A stretch of DNA of 57,847 nucleotides, the filler included, from Dugesia japonica (lineage: Eukaryota): NCBI GenBank assembly GCA_001938525.1. It is 5 parts of 5 records of this genome, joined end to end, with 100 filler letters (N's around TTAATTAATTAA, not from the genome) between each part and the next. Parts side by side here need not be neighbours in the genome. Positions count along the whole stretch, not along the records: positions 1 to 13,657 come from MQRL01618326.1; 4 more parts are not named here. The stretch is one strand, 5' to 3'. This document shows, piece by piece, positions 1 to 11,820 of the stretch. Positions within the stretch are counted from its first letter, which is position 1; every line of letters starts with the position of its first letter. The notes beneath the pieces are model-generated. The model was given only the letters and a program-made list of their open reading frames with translations. It was not told where the DNA came from and ran no database searches. The position numbers and the translations under genes are program-made.

Positions 1-1389
1 CTTTAGAATTTGCAATTTGTGAAGTTCTATGATATTGAATAAGTTGATTTCTGAAATCTTTACATGAATAGAATGAATTAGAGGCGGAGGTCGAATGGCT
101 TCGACATGAAAATGAGAGCTTGTGGCAATTAAAATTGGACTCTCCATCCACCTCATCGGGTATTCCATCTCCTAAGAAAGCCGCCGAACATTTGTTGATT
201 TATGTTTTAATGACGATTGACCCTATTTGTAATGATGATGTACAGTGTTTTTAAAAATATTATCGTTTAAAATTAATTTCATACAACCGATTTAAAATTG
301 TCTTCTATCGCCACACTAAACGAACCCAAATAACATGCAGATGGTGCGCTCATGCACTCTTAACGTCGGTTAAGAGTCACCGGGGCTGCCATCAACGTAC
401 TCCAGGACGAGTATATTAAATCCCAGTTGTGGGTTGTGCGTGATATAATTTTTGAGCCATATCACCCATGACACCAACACTATTAAAACAAAATTTAATT
501 AATAACATTTGTTTAAATTAATAATTTTTTTTATTAGCTATATAAATTTGATCATTTTTTTATAAGTTTAGCATGTAGTCGGTTTAAGTTTTTTATAACA
601 TTTGATTTGACTACATTTAATTTGTTTCTTGTTTTGTAAATTTTACATATTTATGGTATAATTGTTTATAAGTTTTATACAAGTTTATATATGTTTTTTA
701 TTTTTTCTTATTCGTTGTTACGTACTTATTATATTTTATATAAAGTCAATGCAATGTGTTATTATTGTTACAATGAGTTGTTGTTTTTCTGTAATTTTTT
801 CAAGGTTTTCATTTTGATGTTGTTATTTGTATATGTTTTAAACTGATTTTCTCAGATTTATGTTGTACATTTAATAGGTTTTGTAAGAAGTTGGTATAAC
901 TTTTTAAGTGTCCTTAGAAGTTTTTTACAATTTTATTTTAATCTTTTTTATTAAAGAAAATATTTATTTTTAGAACATGTTATTCAACCATCCAAATCGA
1001 TCTCTTTCTAGGCAGCCACTTGCGCAATGTCCTTGTCTACTTTCGTCACTTAAATGAGGGTACGAACGGTGGAAATTAGTACCCCTTCCCGATCAGCATA
1101 AGATTTTATGTCGACCATTACGCGACATGTTTGAGAACATGCCAAATTTGCTTCTCATTAACTTTGCGTTCCAATCTCTTAATTGATTGTTCTTCTGTTG
1201 TAAAACTGTGTTGGGTATTTAAACTCAACAAAGAGATTTGATGGTTAATATTTTAAAATTATAACAAACAATATAAGTAACTGATATTAAGGGTCCTTGA
1301 TTTTATTATGTAAATCGTGATGTTATATATGTAAATACAATATTATATAACTGTAATATTTTAATCAAAAGTATAGATATAGTAATATA

Positions 1390-1629
1390 TGTCACGTCCT
1401 TATATTAATAAACAAAAAACACTTTTTTAAAAATAATATTTTTGATGTATAACAAATATAACTTATAATTCCACACTTAAGACCTTATAATCCAGATATT
1501 AAATTTAAATGGGAATGCCGCTTTGGGAGACTGTTTTCCCAAGAAAATTGTCTGAAAACCAACAAAAACAGATCAGTATTTATACTGACTTTCCATACAC
1601 ACCATGCTATACATTCTCACTTAGTGACA
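1390..1629 (-). repeat. Candidate short LTR (about 240 bp)
   Basis: Bounded by inverted termini TGTCAC (1390-1395) and GTGACA (1624-1629), with a minus-strand TATAAA near 1580. No matching TSD is visible and there is no second copy in the window. Confidence 0.4.
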
Positions 1630-2189
1630 TTTATTTTTGTTAATAAAAAATCCAGCATACAAATAAATCGATTAAAATATCTAAAGATTTTCTATTCAAA
1701 TATAAAATTAAAATAAGACATGTACAAAATTTTTTTATACACATATAAATTTGGATATTATTTAAATGAAATACTGATAAATAAAGTCAATTAATCAAAT
1801 TTTATTTATATTATTCATGACCTTAAAATAAATGAAAAATTGTTCTTTTACAAAAAGATTAAATTAATTGTACATCAATAAAACAAAAATAAAATAATTA
1901 AAATAGAATAATATTGTTAAATGTTTAATTACGGGCACTGAAGAAAATCAAATGTTTAATCACAATTGTTAAATATTGTTTTTGAACGAAAATCGTCGAA
2001 TATTGAATATTAAATTGACGTTTGAATTGAGGCTACTATCGAATGTTGATCGAATATTGATGAGCTTGGATACCAACTGTTGAGCGTATGATGTTGGTAT
2101 GTATTGTATTTGCTATTCGTTATGAGTGTTGAGTGTATGATGTTTATATATACTATATGTGCTGCTATGTGTGTTATAGTCAGATTTTA

Positions 2190-2220
2190 ACATATGTACC
2201 CCTTCACAAAAGACGGTCCA
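2190..2220 (-). other. Candidate polypurine tract / 3' LTR boundary of gypsy element 1
   Basis: Minus strand reads GGACCGTCTTTTGTGAAGGGG-TACATA-TGTTAAAA. This is a G-run a few nt before a TGT start, the usual gypsy PPT-LTR layout, just downstream of the last cargo ORF. Confidence 0.5.
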
Positions 2221-3178
2221 TCATCTTTGTGTGAGTAAGAAACGTGGACAAGCGATGTCGTGGTAAGCAGAAAGTGTTTCGTTTGTTCAGGGTTCATTGA
2301 ATATACACACTGAGAACTCATACTCGGGGTCGATACCAGAAGGAGAGGTAGAAAGTTCTCTTGAAAATATATCTATTAACGATTGGGTATTTTTTCTACT
2401 AAATATTCTTGCCGGTTGACCTTTTCGTGTACGACTCTCTTCGGCTATTGTTTGCAACTCTTTGTTTCTAACTTCGGCTTCATTTTGCACTTTTTGGAGT
2501 GAATTGTTATGTAGTTGAGATGTCCTAATTGACTAGGGGGGCTAGTTGTCTCAATGCTTATAGTGATTATTCGTATGCAGGTGCCATTGGGTATAAATGT
2601 GAATGTAGATTCTGGATGGGTATTAGCGTCCACTACTTTTTCTTTTACTTTCTAAATAAATCCACCTATTCTGAAGGGAATGTTTTCTGGTTTCCTTTGT
2701 GATAACATTTGCGTTTGGTCATAATTTAGATATGTTTGTGGGTATCGGCATGACTGGTAAAACAACTTATTAGATGGCATCGTTGTGTTATGGGAAATCA
2801 AATTGTATCTAGGTTGGTCTTGAAGGGCTTGAGCAAGTTGTTTCGTAAATTGGAATCTATCTTGAATCTTTATATCATAAGGGAATCGGGTTCTCTCTTT
2901 CTTTAAGTCTCTGATTAGAATGCTTTTTTGTTTTGGCGGTAGATGGCAATATCCTATACTACGAATATCGTTATTAATCTGCCACATTGTTTGAGAACCC
3001 TTTAGATATTGATAGCTGTATAATTACTCGTTGGATCTCATCGTTCAGGGATATTTCGTTGTTGTATAAAAGGGGTTAAGTGTGCTATCCTTTCACAATT
3101 ATTGTGTGATAGTTTAATTAGTAGTTCTAAGTGAATGAACGTATTTATTTGTGGCTCACCAACGTAGGAAAATTCAGT

Positions 3179-3565
3179 TCATTTTAAATTATCTCGGTTG
3201 ATGACAAAGGATCTACAGGTAAGACAAGGAAGGTTATCAGAATGATTAACATTGAAGTACTGAGTTATGCATACTAGACAAAAATAATGACCACAGTGTG
3301 CGACTCTAGGTAGCATATGGATTTCAAAACACAATATGCAATCAGGTTTGCCGTTAATAAGAAATGTGATAAGGGCAACATCTTTCCCTATGTATTTAAA
3401 TGGATGTTGAATCCCTCTGTGCTTTTCGTGTAATGTAATGCGTGCTTTGTTTTGTATGTACAATTCTCTGATCTGGTCCGCTAGATCCATTCTGAAATAT
3501 ATATTATTATAATCATTTATGCATATTAATAATATTGCTACGTAAACATATTCTCTTCCTTCCAT
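3179..3565 (-). pseudogene. C3HC4 RING-finger domain, RNF10/Mag2-like
   Basis: CILCFEIHMLPRVAHCGHYFCLVCITQYFNVNHSDNLPCLTC gives C-x2-C-x11-C-x-H-x2-C-x2-C-x14-C-x2-C. The flanks (RELYIQ upstream; DNLK*TEFSYVGEPQINTFIHLELL downstream) resemble RNF10 as recalled from memory. Confidence 0.8.
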
Positions 3566-4800
3566 TCTCTTTCACTGTGATTAAACGGATTTTCTTTTTT
3601 CCGAATCGTAACTGCATATTTATGGATAAATTTCTTTTTAGTTGTTATCTACCTTCCATTGTACGCTTTCCTATTTTCACTGTGTTTGTCATCTCAATAA
3701 GACCACCACTTGGTTTGCTTAACTCGATATCTAGTTTCTTTTCTAATGAGTCATCACTATCCTCATCTTCGCTATCTGTAAAGTATGGCATAAACTGAAG
3801 ATCTTCCAGTACCTGTTGTGTGGTGAGTTCCTGCAATTGGTCATCTGTTTCGATGTTCATCCAATATTTTGTAAGACTATTTTCGCTTTGTAATGTTGTA
3901 TCTCTTTGTTTATTTTTTGACGTACTAGGAATCCTCACAATTGATGCATTTTTTATTGGTTCTATTTCATCATCTGATGCGGAAGAATTTACCATTTTGT
4001 CTATTTCATCGTCTGATGCATCAATATCTGTTTGTACACCTTTTGGGTTCCGTCTTATCGTATCTTCAATCATTCTTTGTTGTTCTTCATCATCATTGTG
4101 TAATCTGAGTTTTTCAGGGATACTCTCCTATTCTGATTCTGTGCTAGAATTATCTTCTGAAAACTGCATTAGGTGCTGTCTTTTCATATCCTCTGACCTT
4201 CGTCTTTGTTCCTTCTTATCATGTTACTTGGACTCATATTCTGACTCAATGATAGAACTAACTTTATCGTTGGTTCCTTCTTCGTCATTTTCAGATTCAG
4301 AGTCTAATATCCAAATAATGCTAATTGGTTTTTGTGTTTCTCTAGGCATTATTTCTGCTAACTCTATCATTTCACCCACTCCTGGCTTTATTGCATTAAT
4401 ACTCTTGAGATATATAGAGTCCTTCTAACTGTGTATTATTCTCATTTGTTTATACATAATTTTGATATGCGTAACCCTTTTAGCTATTGATTGATTCATT
4501 CTTTCTTTTACATTCTGCAACATGTCTTTAATTATTTATTCGTGTCTCATCGGCTTAAACACTGCTTCCAAGAGATTAGTAAACTTTGATGTTTTCATAT
4601 TTGGTGTGTATTAAAACACCATCTACCTTCTGCTAGGTCTAGGATACCCATAACGTGTCGATGGTATCTATAAAGTATGCATCTTTATATTTCTCTATTC
4701 TTTCCTGATAAAACTCCGTGCTAGGCGTATCAAAATGCTTGATCTTTTCTCGTGGACATATATTTTCGTCCAACATAATCTTACATATAATAGTCATTAT

Positions 4801-4890
4801 TTATTTATAATAGTCATTTCAAGTACATGTGAGTTAAAATATGTATTATTTATAATAGTCATTTCCAGTACATGTGAGTTAAAATATGTA
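4801..4890. repeat. 45-bp tandem duplication (in frame, 15 codons) inside the extra ORF
   Basis: ttatttataatagtcatttc(a/c)agtacatgtgagttaaaatatgta occurs twice with one mismatch. Confidence 0.9.
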
Positions 4891-5219
4891 TCTTTAACGA
4901 CTATTAATCCAATATACACCGTTAGCTGTTCTATGTCCTCTTCCGTTAATTTGGCATATTTCAAAAATGATATATGATTGGCGAAATCTAGATATTAAAC
5001 TTCGCAATGTCCCTGTATTGCTGTGAATGTCGGAAAAAGTACAGGAATGCAATCGTGATAAATCAGTTCTATACATAACCCAGCTGGGATATTTTGTATT
5101 TCAACTCTAACTGTATTCACTCCTTGATCAATTTTCCCCTGTAATATTAGAGTACTGTTTTCTATGACATTCATTTCCCGTTTTTGGTATGTGAACCTTA
5201 TTGGAGTTTTCGTCACATG

Positions 5220-7114
5220 AATCCCAATCCTTTTGATGTTTATTCACGAAAACCGCCAATCTATTAAATAATGTACTGTTAAATCTTTCTACTAACCCAT
5301 CTGCTTGTAGGTGATAGGCCGTTGTATCTATTTTTTGATATCGAACATACTTGTTACTCGTTGTATGATTTCGTTGAGAAAACTTTTTCTTCTGTCTGAT
5401 AATAACTTTCTTGGCGCTCCATATTTGTAAATTATTTTCTCAACTAATAATCCTGCTACTATTTCTGCTGTCTCATCTTTTGTAGGAAACGTTTCTGCTC
5501 ACTTTGTGAAGTAATCGTTGAATACTAATATATGTTTATTACCTTTTATGCATAGGAAATCCATTGCACATCTTTCCATTGGTGAGCTGGGTAATAGCAT
5601 TGGTTGTAATGGAACTTTAGTTTTCGTGTCTGTATTCTTTCCTATGGCAAAAACGCTACATGCTTGACACCATTTTTTCACATCATCTTTAATATTATCC
5701 CAAAAATACTTTTGCAACAATCTCGATGTGGTTTCTCTACTTGACAAATGCCATCCGAGTGCTCCATCATGATATTGTAATAGTAATAACTGTTTCAGAG
5801 AATCTGGCACGATCATCAGATTTATGATAGCCAAGCATTCTTTTTCGATTGTTGAATATCTTGTATCTGCGCCTTTTAACATTTTACTGGCATATGCGAT
5901 GACATAATCTTTATTTTTCTTGTCTTCTGGATTGAGTACTGCTCCCATGACATATCCGCTTTCATCTGTCATTAATATGAATTATTTCGTAAAATCTGGA
6001 TATATTAAAATTGGAGCTGTTAATAATCGTTGTTTTAATGTATCGAAAGCTTCTTGTTGCTTTGGACCCCATGTCTTTTAAGGTTTCTTTGACTTTTACT
6101 TTCACCTTTAGTTTTCATACCTTTTGTTAATTCTACTAATGGTGCAGCTATATTTGCAAAGTTTTCTATGAATCTCCGATAATTACCCACTAGAACCTTA
6201 AATCCTTTTAACTGTTGTACACTTTTTGGCACAATATGTCCGAGAAACAAAACACTTTTCTCTGCCAATTTACATTTTGTGGGTTTTAATTTAATTTTTG
6301 CTTTTCTAATTCTAGACAGTACATTTTCTATGTTAATTAAATGTTGTTCAAACGTTTCGTATGCTATCAGTATATCATACAAATATACAACTGCATGTTC
6401 TACACCTGTTAGTACTGTGTTCATCAATCTTTGGAACGTAGCTGGTTTATTGCATAATACGAATGGTAATCTGAGAAATTCATATAATCCATCATTGGTA
6501 CAAAATGCTGTTTTCTCTCGGTCTTCCTCCTGTATTGGGATTACATTATAACCTTTATTAGACTCCAAGCTTCCAAAATCTTGCGTATTCATTAGTTTGT
6601 TGAATTATTCATGTATTTTTGGAAATGGATGTGTATATTTTTTTGTAACTTCATTGAGTTTTCTATTATAAAAACACATCTGAATTTTTCCATCTTTTCT
6701 TTTGACTGGTACTATTGGTGATGCCCATTTGGAAAAACTATCCCGTATGATTTCATTCGCTTTTTGTTCCGCTACCTGTCTTTTTATCTCTGGTCTCAAC
6801 GAATATGGTGCTACATATGGTCGCTGTTTTATTGGTCTTGCGTCACCTGTATCAACTATATGTTTTATAATATTTGTTCCTCCCATATCAAATTCATGTT
6901 TGGCGAATGCATCTTCATATTTATCCAATAACTTCTGTAACTGTTGTTTCTGACTCATTGTAAGATCTTTATTGGTTATTTTTGCTTTCTCGTAATACTT
7001 TGTTTGTTTTGGTTTTATTAACTCTTTGTCAGTTAGTTTTTTAGTTTTTTCCTGTTTATCCAGTAAAATTTCGAATAGTTCATGATTATTTAACTGACAT
7101 ACCTTTTTTCTCAT
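5220..7114 (-). mobile_element. pol: Ty3/gypsy pol pseudogene 1 (RT, partial RNase H, integrase)
   Basis: RT motifs PIKQRPY, WASPIVPVKRKDG, KTAFCTNDGLYEFLRLPF and VYLYDILI (YLDD mutated). RNase H motifs TDESGYVMGAVL and YSTIEKECLAI. Integrase H-x6-H...YFW...C zinc region, then MDF, SDR and GLVERFN. Order RT-RH-INT is gypsy type. Many stops and internal deletions. Confidence 0.95.
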
Positions 7115-7319
7115 TTTATATAACTTTGATAATCAGATGAAAATTGCTTATTTTTTCTCTGTAAATTTATTCTCTTTGGCTGTTCCTCAACTACAATTTC
7201 AGATATTTCATATTCATTTCTTTCCTGTTGTCTTTCCATCATTCGCTGATAGAGTTTTTTCATATCTTCTAATTCAATTCTCAAATTTTCATAAGCTTCA
7301 TTGTTTATTATTTCAACTG

Positions 7320-8370
7320 CATTAGTTTTTCTTGTTTCTGGACTAAATGATACATCCTTTTCAGAATACGTCTAGAATCATTTGGTTTTTTTCTACATAC
7401 TCTTGCTATATGTCCGTATTTATTACAATTGTAACACTTTATTTGCCCTTTCTTATTCAATTTATCTCTTCCCTCATTTGTGAATTATGGGCTCGAACTT
7501 CTTCTATTATCATATCTTTTTAGTCTATATCCTCTGTTATATCGATTATATCATTTTGCTGGACTTGCATTCCTGTCATTATTTCTACCTGGGCTGGAAT
7601 TTCTATTGTAGTTGTTATAATTTCTTCCAAGACTTGAATTTAGATTATAGTTGTTATAGCTTCTTCCAGGATTCGAATTTTAATTAATATTATTATAATT
7701 TCCTCCAGTACTTAAATTTCTGTTGTAATTGTTATCATTTTTAAAATAATAGTCTTATTTAAATTTTACATCTTGATCTTTTCTACTATCTTGTAGTTTT
7801 TGATACGCTTTTCTTATTTCCTTCCATGATGTCTCCTCATTGCTCAGTTCACTTACATATATTTGTTTGGTTTTCTCTTTATGTTTAGTATTCGCCTAAA
7901 TTCTCCTTGCTTTTGTTGTTAATTCTTATAAATCTTTATATTCTGCTGCAAATAACGCTCTTCGAATGTAATTATGTGTCCCATTTACAAATTGGTATTC
8001 TATTATGTGACCGATGTTATCACCCTTGACAAATGCCTGTTTTGCCAGCTTTGTTAGTTCATAGATATATTCGCCCACTGTTTCTTTCGATGATTGCATT
8101 CTGTCCTGAATTTTTCAATACAAATTCTTTCTAATTCACTTAGGACTATTATGCTTTTTCTTATTTTTTTTATTAAATCTCCCCAATTGTCATGTTTATT
8201 ATTTATATTTTTATAACACTTTATTGCATATTCTTTTAAAAGGGGTAATCGTTTTATCAATTCTGCTTCTGTCTATCCACAAGCTGTAGCACAAATATGC
8301 ATATATTCAAAATATTCGTCAAATTCTTCGGGTTTTCCTGTATAAAATGTTATGGGCAATATATTCAACG
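7320..8370 (-). mobile_element. gag: Ty3/gypsy gag pseudogene 1
   Basis: N-terminal LPITFYTGKPEEFDEYFEYMHICATACG*TEAELIKRLP, an Asn/Arg-rich linker, and a CCHC knuckle KCYNCNKYGHIARVC at about 7395-7440. Confidence 0.85.
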
Positions 8371-11029
8371 TCGCGAGGTTTTTCTTTCTTTAAGTGTTGC
8401 ATTTATCATACTCAGCATAGTTCTAAACTGTTTCTTGATTTGTTCATTTGTGTTATGATGATATGGACTCGAAACCCTGAGGGTAATCCCATGTTCAGTC
8501 GCAAAATCTTTCTTTGATTTAGACTCAAATGCTCTTTCACAATCAACTTCAATTTCTCTTGGACACTCGAACTTTAATATCCACTTCTTCAATATTGCTT
8601 TCCGTGTGGTATCTTCATCTTGTCTTGTCATTGCTATCAAGGCTTAATACTTACTGCATTAGTCTATTATACCAAGAACATATTTTTACGACCTCTTGTC
8701 TCCGGCAGTGGTCCACACACATCTATAAATAACAACTCAAACATTTTGGCTGGCTGCGTCTTTTTTGTTTCTTCCTTCGTTTTTGTTGTCAAAACTTTAG
8801 CCTTCTGCCATGTTATACAGCTTCTGATAATCTCTTGTACTTTGTTTCACAAATGTTTCGCGTTATATTTATGCTTCATATACACTGCACCTTTTTCTGC
8901 TCCAGTATGACACAAAAATAGTGTATCCTCATTATAACATCTTATACTTTATCCTCAGGTATCTATGTTCCCTCATTATTCTCACCAAAATTACCTCGTT
9001 TTTCTTGATCATCTATTGTATTTAACATCCTTGTTTTCAATTTTCTACTTTTGGGATTTACAAGTAACATTAGACATTGTGCACATATACCGCATTCATT
9101 CATTGACAACATATTCGCATTTGTATGAAGCGATCCTTTTCATTATTCCAATTTTATATCTAAACTGCTCGAATAATTAATCCAGGTTTGAAACTGTGAT
9201 GTAATCGGCTTCTTGATATTTAGCATAAAGTGATGGCTTTATGGTCTGTTCTGAGGATAAATCTCTTCACATATAAGTAATGTTTGAAATGAATACAAAA
9301 ATAGTAAATTGCGAGCAATTCTTTCTTTGTAGTACAATATCTTTTCTCATGACTCGTCATGGCGTGTGACCCATATGAAATTACACTTTCTTGTCAATTG
9401 TTCTATTTTTGAGATAGTACTACACCAATCGTATCAAAACTCGCATCCGTGTTTAAAATATATCCTCTATTTATATCTGAAAAACATAATATCGGAGACA
9501 TCATTAGTGCTTCTTTCATTCTATTAAAAACTTCTTCTAATTCATTCACCCATTCAATTTTCTTGTTACTTGACCCACTACACAACTGTTACAGCAATCT
9601 AGCTTTCTTTGAATAATCTTTAATAAACTGGCAATAGTAATTGCAAATTTTCAAAAAGATTCTCATTTTTTTTAATGCAATATGGTTTACCAAAGTTTTT
9701 AATTGCTTCTATTTTAGTTGGATCTGTTTTAAGACCTTCTTCACTGAAAACGTGTCCCAAAAATTTGATCTCCTTTCGCATAAATTGACATTTCTCGGAA
9801 TTAACTCTTAGACCAGCCTTCTTAATTTCTGTTTATACTCTATTAATTATTTCATAATGTTGCTCCTTTGTTTCGGTGAATATGAGAATATCATCTAGAT
9901 AAACCATAGCTCCTTTTACTTTTCCGATTACTTTATTCATCATTTCCTGGAACGAACCTGGTGCTGCTACAATTCCAAATGATTTTCTATTGAAACAAAA
10001 TTGCCCTTGTTTGGTCGAAAAAGTCGTTTTTTCTTGAGAATCTTCACTGAGTTCTACTTAGTAGTATGCATTTCCCAAGTTTATTAAGCTAAAATATTGC
10101 GTAACTTCCAAAGCATTTAGCATTTGTTCACATTTCGGATAGAAAAGGCTTGCTCTTCTGTTATTGCATTGAGCTGTCTAAAGTCTAAGTATAGTCGTAA
10201 ATCTTTTTTTCCTTTTTCCAAACACAGATTAATGGTGTATTCCATTGCGAATTACATTACATACTATTACCATATAAATTCTTGATAGCTTCTTCAATCT
10301 TTTCCTCTAGATTCATTGGTTGGCCATACGGTTTTATGTTTATTGGACCTCCTTGAGTGATTATTCGATGCTTCGTTAAGTATGTGCATCAAATGTCCGA
10401 TTTATCCCCCATAAATAAATGCTCATTATTCTGAATAATCGCAGTCAATCTATGACCTTTGTTAATTTCTGGAATCTCCATTACATNTCTNAATCGTTCA
10501 CTCGTCTGTATCTGCCTTCCAAATTTTGCCTCAATGTTGCAAACAAAATTTTCTCGATAATTATTTATGTCTGCCTTGTACTTTTCTGAAGATGATACCC
10601 AAAATTATTCTGAAATTTCACTCCACCAATATGATCTGTTATTAATTTCTCTACTATTATAAATGTTATTTCCTTGCACATCTCTGAAACTACAACTTTG
10701 ACACATATGTTTCCAACCGTTTCCAATGAGCGGTTATTCGAGCAATGTAATTGTTCCTCGCTTTTCTCTAACATTGTTTCTCCGAGTCTATTAAATGTTT
10801 TCATGCTCATCACATTTATTCTTGCTCCTGTATCTAACAAACAATCAAACTTTCTACCCTTGATCATCACTGAAATGCTGGGTCTCATTTGCATTTCATC
10901 ATACAAAATTTCTGAATTCTGTTTCTCTTCAATTATTCCTATCATTTCTGCTTTTTTAACTTCCGCATCAATGAAATTTTCTCTTTTTAGGAATCTGTAA
11001 ACTTTTTCTCTCAATTTACTTTGTTTCAT
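8365..11029 (-). mobile_element. pol: Ty3/gypsy pol pseudogene 2 (protease, RT, RNase H, integrase truncated)
   Basis: Protease LLDTGARINVMS; RT AMVYLDDILIF (~9880-9910); RNase H ILNTDASFDTIGVVLSQ; integrase fragment 8365-8640 with SSPYHHNTN. Frameshifted throughout. Confidence 0.95.
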
Positions 11030-11820
11030 CTCATTTCTCGGCCTCTTGAGAATATTCGAACGGTATCTCGTTTAATGGATGTCTCCGACCAAATTCTTTA
11101 CAGATTGAGCACTGCTTTTTAGGTATTCTCTTCTAGGATCATCGTTTTCTATTATGCTCTCAGAAAATCTCTCTTCATTCTCGTCATCAAATTTTTCTCG
11201 AATGGCTATATTGGTTTTGTCCGACTCCAATATTTTGTTTGTTTTCCGCTTTTAAAATTGTATCTTCTCTCTCCTAGTCTAGCTTTATTAATGTTTGAAT
11301 AACATTCTTCGGCTCTGTTACCTGGTCTTTTACATCTACCGCATACAATTTCTGTGCACATCCTTATGACATGACCAATCTTAACACACCCAAAATATTT
11401 TGGTGGTTTCTTGTCTGGGTATTTTCTACTAAAATGTCCTTTTTGTGAAAAATCCAACATTCCACATAAGAATTCTTTGGATACTCTATTTTTTGTATGC
11501 CCATAACTCTGGCATGTCCAACACTGTGGTTATGTTCTTTTTGTAACTCTCTCAATATTTTGTCTCCTTTCTCCGAAACTTTCTCAGCGTGTTACACCAG
11601 CGTAACTCTTTACTACGTTAATAGGTTCTCTTCTTTCTATTTTTTCAACTAAAGATAATGTTTTTTTATGTCTTCTACTTTCTCCAATTTTCGCAGGGTA
11701 ATCTCTTCTTCTGCTTTTTTACTATTTGCACAAATTATTAGCATTTTTTATAAGATTTTTTCTTTCGTCAGCTCTCTATTTGCTAAAAATTTATAGACAA
11801 AATCTTCAACTTTTATGAAA
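11030..11820 (-). mobile_element. gag: Ty3/gypsy gag pseudogene 2 (zinc-knuckle region)
   Basis: Three degenerate CCHC knuckles (CWIFH/SQKGHFSR, FGCVKIGHVIRMC, CGRCKRPGNRAEEC) directly upstream of the protease. Confidence 0.8.

Larger units (their letters stand above)
2287..5216 (-). pseudogene. Long degenerate extra ORF of gypsy element 1 (unknown N-part, acidic Ser/Asp/Glu region, RING finger, C-terminal part)
   Basis: Consecutive minus-strand fragments (4995-5216, ~4800-4970, ~3645-4430, 3179-3565, ~3000-3178, 2652-2987, 2445-2633, 2287-2490) read as protein across isolated stops and frameshifts. Same strand as pol, with no introns apparent. Confidence 0.6.

Noticed and set aside
3820-4428. 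202-aa plus-strand ORF, and similar ones at 6279, 6702, 10674, 42433, 42852 and 45871
   Set aside because: These are Ser/Phe/Leu-rich antisense shadows of minus-strand coding sequence.
5220-11820. Frequent TGA/TAG at Trp, Arg or Gln positions as recoding or an alternative genetic code
   Set aside because: They come with frameshifts, deletions and mutated catalytic motifs, which indicates ordinary AT-biased pseudogene decay.
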